From assembly GCA_038326655.1 (NCBI GenBank), contig JBBQKG010000003.1:57456-121455 (forward strand): DNA of 64,000 nucleotides, read 5' to 3'. Below, piece by piece: positions 17,657-27,624 of this stretch. Position 1 is the stretch's first letter. Every line of letters begins with the position of its first letter. The position numbers were made by a program, and so were the translations under genes. Source of the stretch: Solirubrobacterales bacterium (GTDB lineage Bacteria > Actinomycetota > Thermoleophilia > Solirubrobacterales > JBBDJG01). The notes under the pieces were generated by a model that was given only the letters and a program-made list of their open reading frames with translations, did not search any database and was not told the origin of the DNA.

Positions 17657-19452
17657 AGAAAAAGGCCGGAACCGGGTAGGCCCGAGGGGATCGCGGGCTC
17701 GCTCCAGTCCTGGGCGCCGACCATCTTCGCGTAGCGCCCCTCGGCCTCGACCAGCTCATCGTGGCTGCCCAGCTCGGTCAGCCGCCCGTCCTCGAGCACG
17801 GCGATCTGCTCGGCGTCCCGGACGGTCGACAGCCGGTGGGCGATCGCGAGCGTCGTGCGCCCGCGGGCCAGCTCGTCGAGCGCAGCCTGGACCGCCCGCT
17901 CCGTCTCGGTGTCGAGCGCGCTCGTAGCCTCGTCCAGAACCAGGATCGGCGGATCCCGCAGGATCGTGCGGGCAATCGCGATCCGCTGTTTCTCGCCGCC
18001 GGAGAATCGGTAGCCCCGCTCGCCCACGACGGTGTCGTAGCCGTCCGGCAGGTCCGCGATGAGGTCGTGGATCTGAGCCGCCCGGGCGGCACGCTCGAGC
18101 TCCTCCGGGGTCGCGTCCGGCTTCGCGAAGCGCAAGTTGTCCCCGATCGAGGCGTGGAAGAGGTAGGTCTCCTGCGAGACCACCCCGACGATCGCCGCGA
18201 GCGACGCGTGGCTCAGGTCGCGGAGGTCCACACCGTCGATCGTCACGCGGCCCTCGTCCACTTCGTAGAGGCGGGCCAGGAGGTAGGCGAGCGTGGTCTT
18301 GCCCGACCCGGTTTCGCCGACTACGGCAAGCGTTGTGCCAGACGGGATCTCGAGGTCGATGTCGCGCAGCGTCCACTCGCCACCCGGGGCGTAGCGGAAC
18401 GCGACTCGCTCGAACCGCACGTCGCCGCTGATGTCACGCTGATCCGGCGCCATCGCGCCGTCGCGCTCCTCGATGTCGACCGGCAGCTCGAGGTACTGGA
18501 AGACGCGCTCGAAGAGCGCCAGCGAGCTCTGGACGTCCACGCCGACGGACAGCAGCGACTGGATCGGGAAGAAGAGGCGCGTCTGGAGGGTCGTGAACGC
18601 GACCAGCGTGCCGATCGTGATCGCGCCGCCTCCGTTTGCGATCGTGAGGCCGGCGAACAGGTAGATCAGCGCCGGCATCGCGGCGAATGCGATCTGGACC
18701 GAGGCCATCCGCCAGCGGCCGGCCATGCGCGACCTGACCTCGAGGTCCGCCAGGTCGGCCGACTCGTGCTCGAACCGCTCGGCGAGCTCGTCGCGGCGTC
18801 CCATCGTCTTTCCGAGCAGGACGCCCGAGACCGACAGCGACTCCTCCACGAGCGACGAGATGTCGGCCAGGCGGTTCTGCCTCACCGCGGTGATCTTGCG
18901 GCGCTCCTCACCGACGCGGCGGGTGAGCCAGACGAAGAAGGGCAACAGGCCGAGTGCCGCCACGGCCAGGCGCCAGTCGAGCAGGAACATCGCCACGGTC
19001 GCGGCCAGCACGGTCGTGACGTTGGAGACGATCGAGGTCGCCGTGGTGGTCACGACGCCCTGCACGCCACCGATGTCGTTCGCGATCCGGGACTGGATCT
19101 CGCCGGTCCGGGTGCGGGTGAAGAAGGCAAGGGAGAGTCGCTGCAGGTGCCGGTAGACGGCGGCGCGCAGGTCGTGCATCACCCGCTGGCCGACCGTGTT
19201 GGAAAGCAGCGTCTGGGCGACCCCGAGCGCGCCGGTCGCGACCGCGATCACGATCATCCCGGCGACGAGCATCTCGAGAAGCGCCGTATCGTGCTGCGGG
19301 ATCGCCTGGTCGAGCACCTCGCGGAGCAGGAACGGCGACACCATGCCAAGTCCTGCGGAGAAGAGGATCAGGCCGAGGACCGCACCGAGGCGGCGGCGGT
19401 AGGGCCGGAAGAGCCCCAGCAGGCGGCGGCGGTCTAGCCGGGTGTCGCTCAA
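17644..19452 (-). CDS. ABC exporter, fused permease/ATPase (MsbA/MdlB-like)
   Basis: TTG 19452 overlaps the marR stop (TTGA). Six-TM ABC_membrane region, Walker [10 protein letters not shown], signature FSGGEKQR, Walker [10 protein letters not shown]. The start is the upstream-most option compatible with marR. Confidence 0.85.
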   Translation of the reverse strand: MSDTRLDRRRLLGLFRPYRRRLGAVLGLILFSAGLGMVSPFLLREVLDQAIPQHDTALLEMLVAGMIVIAVATGALGVAQTLLSNTVGQRVMHDLRAAVYRHLQRLSLAFFTRTRTGEIQSRIANDIGGVQGVVTTTATSIVSNVTTVLAATVAMFLLDWRLAVAALGLLPFFVWLTRRVGEERRKITAVRQNRLADISSLVEESLSVSGVLLGKTMGRRDELAERFEHESADLADLEVRSRMAGRWRMASVQIAFAAMPALIYLFAGLTIANGGGAITIGTLVAFTTLQTRLFFPIQSLLSVGVDVQSSLALFERVFQYLELPVDIEERDGAMAPDQRDISGDVRFERVAFRYAPGGEWTLRDIDLEIPSGTTLAVVGETGSGKTTLAYLLARLYEVDEGRVTIDGVDLRDLSHASLAAIVGVVSQETYLFHASIGDNLRFAKPDATPEELERAARAAQIHDLIADLPDGYDTVVGERGYRFSGGEKQRIAIARTILRDPPILVLDEATSALDTETERAVQAALDELARGRTTLAIAHRLSTVRDAEQIAVLEDGRLTELGSHDELVEAEGRYAKMVGAQDWSEPAIPSGLPGSGLFLQSS

Positions 19453-19916
19453 CAGCGGCCGGGACCGCAGGAATGGCCGGCGAGCCGGTCCAGCAGGGCG
19501 TACAGCTGCGTGCGCTCGTCGGCGCCGAGGGGCGCCAGGAACTCCTGCTCTGCCTCGGCCACGGCACGTCTGGCCTGGGCCAGCCGAGACTCTCCCGGTG
19601 GCGTCAGGCCGACGAGGTGGCGTCGCCGGTCGGAGGGATCCCTGGGACGGACGATGAGACCGTCGGCCTCGAGGGCGTCCAGCAGGCCGACGAGGTTGCT
19701 GGGGTTGATCCGGAGGGCGCCGCCGAGTTCCTGCTGGGACAGGGGTCCCGCATAGTGGAGGTGGTGGAGGACAGCGAACTCGTGCGTCCTCATCTGGAGG
19801 GACTCCAGCGCGCGACCGAGCTGATAGCCGGTGACGCGCGCGAGCCGGAAGATCAACATCGCATGGCCGGCGACGCCGGGCTGGGCGCGGGGTCGGGCTC
19901 GGGTCGCTTGATTCAC
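19449..19916 (-). CDS. MarR-family transcriptional regulator
   Basis: GTG 19916. Winged-helix core LSQQELGGALRINPSNLVGLLDALEADGLIVRPRDPSDRR. Confidence 0.85.
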   Translation of the reverse strand: MNQATRARPRAQPGVAGHAMLIFRLARVTGYQLGRALESLQMRTHEFAVLHHLHYAGPLSQQELGGALRINPSNLVGLLDALEADGLIVRPRDPSDRRRHLVGLTPPGESRLAQARRAVAEAEQEFLAPLGADERTQLYALLDRLAGHSCGPGRC

Positions 19917-19923
19917 GATCTCT

Positions 19924-19953
19924 ATAGTAGCGACACACTATGACAAGTGCCAA
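19924..19953 (-). promoter_or_regulatory. putative promoter giving a leaderless marR transcript
   Basis: The minus strand reads TTGGCA-18 nt-TACTAT-7 nt-GTG (marR start). This is an AT-rich island in otherwise GC-rich DNA. An ATAGT/ACTAT inverted repeat (19924-19941) overlaps it. Confidence 0.4.
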
Positions 19954-20022
19954 TCATGTCGAACTACCACGATTATTGGCTACACTTGAACAAGCTTGAC
20001 CACTGACGCGAAAAGAGACCCC

Positions 20023-22314
<2,292 letters not shown>

Positions 22315-22335
22315 CCTGGAACGGCCACGCAGGCG

Positions 22336-23670
22336 CTAGGCGGCGAGTGCGCCCAGCGCCTGCCCGGTCGCCGCGGCGACCGAGTCGGACACGACCTCGA
22401 CCAGCTCCTCGAGCGTCTCGGGCGCGATCGAGAGCGGCGGCATGAGGACCACGACGTCGCCCAGTGGCCGGACGATCGCGCCGCGACGGCGTGCTTCCAG
22501 CGCGACCTCGTGCCCGATCCTTGGGGCCGAGTCGTACGAGGCGCCGCGGGCGGGGTCGCGCGCGAGCTCGATCCCGCACATGAAGCCTGCCCGCCGGATC
22601 TCGGCGACGTGGTCGAGCGGGGCGATCAAGCTCTCGAGCAGCTGCTCGAACAGCGCGATCTTCGGCTGGAGGCGTTCCAGCGTGCGCTCCTCCTCGAACA
22701 CGTCGAGCGTCGCGAGTGCGGCAGCGCAGGCGAGCGGGTTGCCGGTGTAGGTGTGGCCGTGAAAAAACGTGCGGAACTCCTCGAACCGGCCGAGGAACCC
22801 GTCGTAGACGCGATCGGTCGTGAGCGTCGCCGCGAGCGGCAGATAGCCGCCGCTCAATCCCTTCGCGAGGCACAGGAAGTCCGGCACCACGTCCTCCTGC
22901 TCGCAGGCGAACATCGTCCCGGTCCGCCCGAACCCGGTCGCGACCTCGTCGCAGACGAGGAACACGTCGTGGGCGTCGCAGAGCTCCTTGACCGCGCGCA
23001 GGTAGCCAGGCGGCTGCACGAGCATGCCCGCCGCGCCCTGGACGAGCGGCTCGACTACCACCGCTGCGATCTCACCGGCACGCTTCGCGAGCACGCGGTC
23101 GAGCGCGGCCGCGTCACCGGCAGGCACCTGCAGGGCGTCGAACAGGAGCGGCCGGTAGAGGGAGTTGAAGAGCTCGATGCCGCCGACCGAGACCGCGCCC
23201 ACGGTGTCCCCGTGGTAGGCGTTCTCGAGCCGCACGAAGCTGGTCCGCTCGCCCCGCGCGTCGGATGCCTGCTGCCAGTACTGGAACGCCATCTTGAGCG
23301 CGACCTCGACCGCCGTCGAGCCGCTGTCGGAGTAGAACACCCACGAGAGCGGGCCGCCCTCCGCGCTCGCCCCCGGTGCGATCTCCACGAGCCGGCGCGC
23401 AAGCGCCTCGCCGCCTGGATGGGACAGCCCCAGCATCGTCGTGTGCGCGACCCGCTCGAGCTGCTCACGAACGGCGGCGTCGATGCGGGGATGGCGGTGG
23501 CCGTGGACGTTGCACCACAGGGACGAGATCCCGTCGATGTACCGCCGGCCGTCCGTGTCGAACAGGAACTCGCCCTCGCCAGACGCGATCATGGGCGCGG
23601 ACTCCGCGGCCCAGCCATGCATCTGCGTGAACGGATGCCAGACATGAGAGTCGGTTGCATGGGCCGGCAT
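22336..23670 (-). CDS. bioA: adenosylmethionine-8-amino-7-oxononanoate aminotransferase
   Basis: ATG 23670 (MPAHATDSHVWHPFTQMHGW). Class III aminotransferase with FLVCDEVATGFGRTG. Last gene of the bio operon. Confidence 0.9.
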   Translation of the reverse strand: MPAHATDSHVWHPFTQMHGWAAESAPMIASGEGEFLFDTDGRRYIDGISSLWCNVHGHRHPRIDAAVREQLERVAHTTMLGLSHPGGEALARRLVEIAPGASAEGGPLSWVFYSDSGSTAVEVALKMAFQYWQQASDARGERTSFVRLENAYHGDTVGAVSVGGIELFNSLYRPLLFDALQVPAGDAAALDRVLAKRAGEIAAVVVEPLVQGAAGMLVQPPGYLRAVKELCDAHDVFLVCDEVATGFGRTGTMFACEQEDVVPDFLCLAKGLSGGYLPLAATLTTDRVYDGFLGRFEEFRTFFHGHTYTGNPLACAAALATLDVFEEERTLERLQPKIALFEQLLESLIAPLDHVAEIRRAGFMCGIELARDPARGASYDSAPRIGHEVALEARRRGAIVRPLGDVVVLMPPLSIAPETLEELVEVVSDSVAAATGQALGALAA

Positions 23671-23744
23671 CGGCGCGATGCTAGCCACGGTCGAGGTCGG
23701 AACCGGGTCGCACCATTTGCGCCCCGCCCGTGACCGGCGGCGGC

Positions 23745-24446
23745 TCAGGCGTTGACGAGGCGTGCCGGCTGCCGGACCCTGACCCACCGCTCCACGGGCA
23801 GCGTCCGAAGCGCGCCCACGCCGCTTGCGATCTCCACTTTCGGCAGCCCGAAGGTCTCGACGCATCCGAGCGCTTCGATCGTGCGTCGATTCGAGGCCTC
23901 CAGCTGCCGCGGGAACCGCCGCCACGGTGTCAGCACGACGGCCGCCACGTCGAGGCCCACCGACCGTGCGGACTCGATCGTCAGCAGCGTGTGGTTGATC
24001 GTCCCGAGAGCCGGTCGCGCCGCGATCACGACGGGAAGGCCCAGCTCCACGGCGAAGTCGCGCACGAGGTAGTCCGGGGCAAGGGGGACGAGCAGGCCCC
24101 CGACGCCTTCGACCACGAGCGCGTCCACGTGCGCTGCGGCGGCCTCGGCGCCGGCGACCAGGTGTCCGGGCGCGATCTCGATCCCGGCCAGCTCGGCCGC
24201 GAGGTGCGGGGAGACGGCCGGGCCGAAGCGATATGGGGACACGGCCTCCGCAGGCTGATCCGAGCCGGCGGAGCGGCGCAGCAGGTCGTGATCCGGGATC
24301 GCGGCGGCGGTCTCGGTCAGGCCGGTCACGGCAGGCTTGAAGGCCGCCACGCGCTCGCCGTTCGCGACGAGCGTCGCAGCGATCGCGCAGGCCGCGACGG
24401 TCTTGCCGACCTCGGTGTCCGTCCCGGTGACGAAGACGCCGCGCAC
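23745..24446 (-). CDS. bioD: dethiobiotin synthase
   Basis: GTG 24446 gives VRGVFVTGTDTEVGKT (P-loop), followed by EGVGGLLVP. Confidence 0.85.
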   Translation of the reverse strand: MRGVFVTGTDTEVGKTVAACAIAATLVANGERVAAFKPAVTGLTETAAAIPDHDLLRRSAGSDQPAEAVSPYRFGPAVSPHLAAELAGIEIAPGHLVAGAEAAAAHVDALVVEGVGGLLVPLAPDYLVRDFAVELGLPVVIAARPALGTINHTLLTIESARSVGLDVAAVVLTPWRRFPRQLEASNRRTIEALGCVETFGLPKVEIASGVGALRTLPVERWVRVRQPARLVNA

Positions 24447-24457
24447 GCAGCCGCGCC

Positions 24458-25705
24458 TCAGGCGGCGCGGCCGAACGCCGGTTCGTCGAGCTCGGCGTCG
24501 TACAGGAAGAGGTCCGCCGAACGGGCCTCTGGATCGAGGTGCGATGGCTCGGCGCCCACCGCACGCGCCGCCGCGCCGAGCTGTGCCGCCGCCCATTCGA
24601 GCTCGGCGGGCGTGTGCGTCGCCATCGCGGCGAGACGGAGCCTGGAGCTTCCCTCGGGGACCGTGGGTGGCCGGATCGCCTGCGCGAAGACACCTCGCTG
24701 AAGCGCCCGCTCGCAGACATCGACCGCGAGTGCGGGCTCGCCCACCACCAGCGGCACGATCTGCGTCCCGTCGAGCGGGACCGAAAAGCCCTGGTGCGCG
24801 AGCGCCCCGCGCAGCGCCCGCGCGTTGCGGGCGAGGCGCTCGATGCGCCGTGGCTCGGATCCGAGCAGCTCGAGCGCGGCGAGCGCGGCGGCCACCGAGG
24901 GCGGCGGCGGCCCGGTGGAGAAGATCAGGGTGCGCGCCGTGTTGACCAGATAGCTCGCGATCTCGCGGTCGCAGCAGACATACGCGCCGTAGCCGCCGAG
25001 CGCCTTGCCGAGCGTGCCGACGATCACGTCGACCTCGTCGCCGATGCCGGCCGCCGCGACCGAGCCACGGCCGCCCGGGCCCAGCACCCCCGTCGCGTGC
25101 GCCTCGTCGACGACCAGGCGCGCGTCGTAGCGATGCGCCAGTTCGACGATCTCGGCGAGCGGCGCCACGTCGCCATCCATCGAGAACACGCCGTCGGTGA
25201 CGATCAGGCGCCCGCGGCCGCGCGTCTCGCGCAGGCCCCACTCGAGGTGGTCGGTGTCGAGATGGTCGTACACGAACGTGTCCGCGCGCGCGAGGCGGCA
25301 CCCGTCGATGATGCTCGCGTGGTTGAGAGCATCCGAGAAGATGACGTCGCCGGGGCCCGCCAGGGCTGCGATCACGCCCGTATTCGCCAGATAGCCGGAC
25401 CCGAACAGGACGCAACGCTCGGTCTGCTCGAAGCCCGCGAGCCGTTCCTCGAGGCGCCGGTGCAGCGTCATGTTGCCGGACACCAGCCGGGAGGCGCCGG
25501 CCCCGACGCCGTAGCGCATCGCCGCCTCGGCGGCAGCGGCGCGCACGCGGGGGTGATCGGCGAAGCCCAGGTAGTTGTTCGAGCAGAGCAGCAGCACGCG
25601 TTTGCCGTCGAGCAGCACCCTGGGCCCCTGCGGACCGGCGATCAGCCGCATGCGGCGGTGGAGGCCCTGCGCGGAAAGCTCGTCGAGGCGGCGCCGAAGG
25701 TCCAC
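24458..25705 (-). CDS. bioF: 8-amino-7-oxononanoate synthase
   Basis: GTG 25705 (VDLRRRLDELSAQGLHRR). CSNNYLGF, the PLP-lysine region VGTLGKALG, and DEAHATG. Confidence 0.88.
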   Translation of the reverse strand: MDLRRRLDELSAQGLHRRMRLIAGPQGPRVLLDGKRVLLLCSNNYLGFADHPRVRAAAAEAAMRYGVGAGASRLVSGNMTLHRRLEERLAGFEQTERCVLFGSGYLANTGVIAALAGPGDVIFSDALNHASIIDGCRLARADTFVYDHLDTDHLEWGLRETRGRGRLIVTDGVFSMDGDVAPLAEIVELAHRYDARLVVDEAHATGVLGPGGRGSVAAAGIGDEVDVIVGTLGKALGGYGAYVCCDREIASYLVNTARTLIFSTGPPPPSVAAALAALELLGSEPRRIERLARNARALRGALAHQGFSVPLDGTQIVPLVVGEPALAVDVCERALQRGVFAQAIRPPTVPEGSSRLRLAAMATHTPAELEWAAAQLGAAARAVGAEPSHLDPEARSADLFLYDAELDEPAFGRAA

Positions 25706-25716
25706 GCCGCGGGTCT

Positions 25717-26910
25717 CTAGTCGCCCCAGCCGGCGGCGTTCGTGACTGCTTCGCTGCCTTTGTCGGAAGCTTCGCTGGAAGCTTCCTCGGAAGGTCGCTT
25801 CGGGTAGGCGGGCGGCTTGCTCTTTTTGCGAAGCCGCAGCTGCTCGGCCGGGTTCCAGAAGTTCGCCTCGGCCTGGTTGTCGATCAGCTCGTCGATCGGC
25901 GTCGCAGGGGCCTCGCCCTCGAGCCACCCGGACCGGTTGTCGGGCCGCGGGTCGGCGCCGTTGTCGGGTTGACGCGCCACGTTCAACCCAAGCTCCTCGA
26001 ACATCGCGCGGTCCTCCTCGGGCTCGGATCCGAGGGTCGTGAGGAAATTCCCCATCATCACCCCGTTGAGCCCCGCCTTGACCGCCAGCGGCTGGAGCTC
26101 GCCGAGGTTCTCGACGCGGCCGCCGCAGAGGCGGAAGAGGGCGGCGGGGAGGATCAGGCGGAAGATCGCGATGAACTTGACCGCGTCCCAGGGATCGATC
26201 AGGTCGCGCTCGCCGAACTTGGTGCCCGGGCGCGGGTTCAAGAGGTTGATCGGGACGCTGGTGGGGTCGAGCTCGGCCAGCTCGAACGCCATCTCGACCC
26301 GCTGACGCGGCGACTCCCCGAGGTTGAGGATGCCGCCGACGCAGGTCTCGAGCCCGGCCTCGCGGACGGCCTCGATCGTCCGCACGCGGCCCTCGTAGCG
26401 GACCGTCGTGGAGACCTCGTCGTAGTAGCTGCGCGCCGTCTCGACGTTGTGGTGGACCCGCTGGATCCCAGCCTCCTTGAGCTGGCGGGCCCGCTCAGGC
26501 GACATGTGGCCGATCGAGGCGCAGCGCTTCAGGTTCGTGTGCTCGGCGACCAGCCGCGCGCCCTCCACGACCCGCGCGAAGTCGCGCTTGGAGAGTCCCT
26601 GACCCTGCGTGACCATGCAGAAGCGGTGCGCTCCGGCCGCCTCGGCCGCCCGCGCATGCTCCAGGATCTGGTCGGGCTCCATCATCGCGTGCATCGGGGT
26701 CTCGGCGTCGGCGTACTTGGACTGCGCGCAAAAGCCGCAGTCCTCCGTGCAGCCGCCGCTCTTGGCGTTGACGAGCGAGCACATGTCGGTCGACTCCCCG
26801 AACTGGTCCTGCCGGACCATCCAGGCGAGCTCGACGAGGCGCTCGATGTCGGCGTGTTCGGCGAGCCCTGCGAGGTCCAGCGCCTCTTCGAAGGTGATGA
26901 GGGAGGGCAT
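25717..26910 (-). CDS. bioB: biotin synthase (radical SAM) with extended C-terminal tail
   Basis: ATG 26910. Radical-SAM CTEDCGFCAQS, plus NHNVETA and GGILNLGES. About 86 aa of low-complexity tail follows EELGLNV. Confidence 0.92.
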   Translation of the reverse strand: MPSLITFEEALDLAGLAEHADIERLVELAWMVRQDQFGESTDMCSLVNAKSGGCTEDCGFCAQSKYADAETPMHAMMEPDQILEHARAAEAAGAHRFCMVTQGQGLSKRDFARVVEGARLVAEHTNLKRCASIGHMSPERARQLKEAGIQRVHHNVETARSYYDEVSTTVRYEGRVRTIEAVREAGLETCVGGILNLGESPRQRVEMAFELAELDPTSVPINLLNPRPGTKFGERDLIDPWDAVKFIAIFRLILPAALFRLCGGRVENLGELQPLAVKAGLNGVMMGNFLTTLGSEPEEDRAMFEELGLNVARQPDNGADPRPDNRSGWLEGEAPATPIDELIDNQAEANFWNPAEQLRLRKKSKPPAYPKRPSEEASSEASDKGSEAVTNAAGWGD

Positions 26911-26950
26911 CGGGCGCCAGCGTAGATCCGGTCCCGGACGGGACCTGGCG

Positions 26951-26978
26951 GGTCCGGCGGCTGAGGCGCCGCCGGACC
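26951..26978 (-). terminator. GC-rich hairpin between the small membrane protein genes and bioB
   Basis: GGTCCGGCGG-ctgaggcg-CCGCCGGACC, a 10-bp perfect stem. A second palindrome, GGTCCCGgaCGGGACC, lies at 26930-26945. Confidence 0.45.
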
Positions 26979-26995
26979 GCTGTGTTGCGGCGGAG

Positions 26996-27160
26996 CTACC
27001 GGGTCAGGGCACCGATCGCGACTGCGATCGCTCCGAAGATCAGTGCGGGCACGAGCCCGTACTCGACAAAGACCTTGACCACGTGAGGCGACTCGCGCAA
27101 CAGCTCTCCCAGAACTTCGTCGAACTCGCCGCCAGACGCGGCCAGAATGGAGATGGGCAT
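26996..27160 (-). CDS. small membrane protein (54 aa), not in ORF track
   Basis: GAGAGGAGCGAG-ATG 27160 gives MPISILAASGGEFDEVLGELLRESPHVVKVFVEYGLVPALIFGAIAVAIGALTR, stop at 26996-26998. It has a strong SD, GC3-rich codons and one C-terminal TM segment. Confidence 0.55.
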   Translation of the reverse strand: MPISILAASGGEFDEVLGELLRESPHVVKVFVEYGLVPALIFGAIAVAIGALTR

Positions 27161-27187
27161 CTCGCTCCTCTCGTTGCGCGCCGGCGG

Positions 27188-27496
27188 TCAGCCTGCGAGG
27201 ACCTCGGGCATCCTGGCCTGCAGGGCCGCACGCATCGCATTCGAGGTGGATGCGCGCAGATAGCCGTAGAGCGCGGCCACGAGGGCGCCCGCGAGGATGC
27301 CGAACGCACCAAGCGCCGAATAGGCGACCAGCCCGGCGACCGTGATCGCGACCGGGATCAGGAAATCCACGGCCGTCCTGAAGTAGATCGCAAGACCCAG
27401 GCCGCCGAACAGGAATCCGATCACGCATGCGAGGTTCGGGTGTGTGTCCCTCGAAACCGGGTCCAGCATCTCGAGCAGCTTCTTGATGGTCTCCAT
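27188..27496 (-). CDS. small integral membrane protein (102 aa)
   Basis: GAAGGAGGG SD before ATG 27496. METIKKLLEMLDPVS is followed by about three hydrophobic segments (CVIGFLFGGLGLAIYF, FLIPVAITVAGLVAY, FGILAGALVAALYGY). Confidence 0.65.
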   Translation of the reverse strand: METIKKLLEMLDPVSRDTHPNLACVIGFLFGGLGLAIYFRTAVDFLIPVAITVAGLVAYSALGAFGILAGALVAALYGYLRASTSNAMRAALQARMPEVLAG

Positions 27497-27624
27497 ACGC
27501 CCTCCTTCGGAAGCGCCCCTGTGCCGGCGGCGCCGGTGATGGACAAGGAGCCGACTATCCGCCGTTCGAGCGCTCCCGTCAGCCGGCTTTCCGGCGCGGC
27601 GCGAGCCGACTTCTCGGCAGAGGC

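Noticed and set aside
19917-20022. HspR-type (HAIR) or CIRCE heat-shock operator upstream of lon
   Set aside because: CTTGAAC...CTTGACC are direct repeats, not inverted. No CTTGAGT-N7-ACTCAAG or CIRCE-like inverted repeat is present.
22336-24720. ORF-track version of bioA as a 794-aa protein; likewise 556-aa bioD, 489-aa bioF, 558-aa PPOX, 414-aa MBL and 493-aa thioesterase
   Set aside because: The N-terminal extensions overlap neighbouring real genes in other frames and are compositionally shadow-like. Conserved family N-termini (for example HVWHPFTQM, FVTGTDTEVGKT) fix much shorter genes.
27497-27624. Possible guanidine-II (mini-ykkC) riboswitch upstream of the 102-aa membrane protein (two ACGG motifs on the minus strand)
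   Set aside because: The ACGG tetrads are not presented as loops of two similar GC-clamped hairpins. The downstream protein also lacks the SMR/SugE hallmarks (four TM segments, conserved TM1 Glu).
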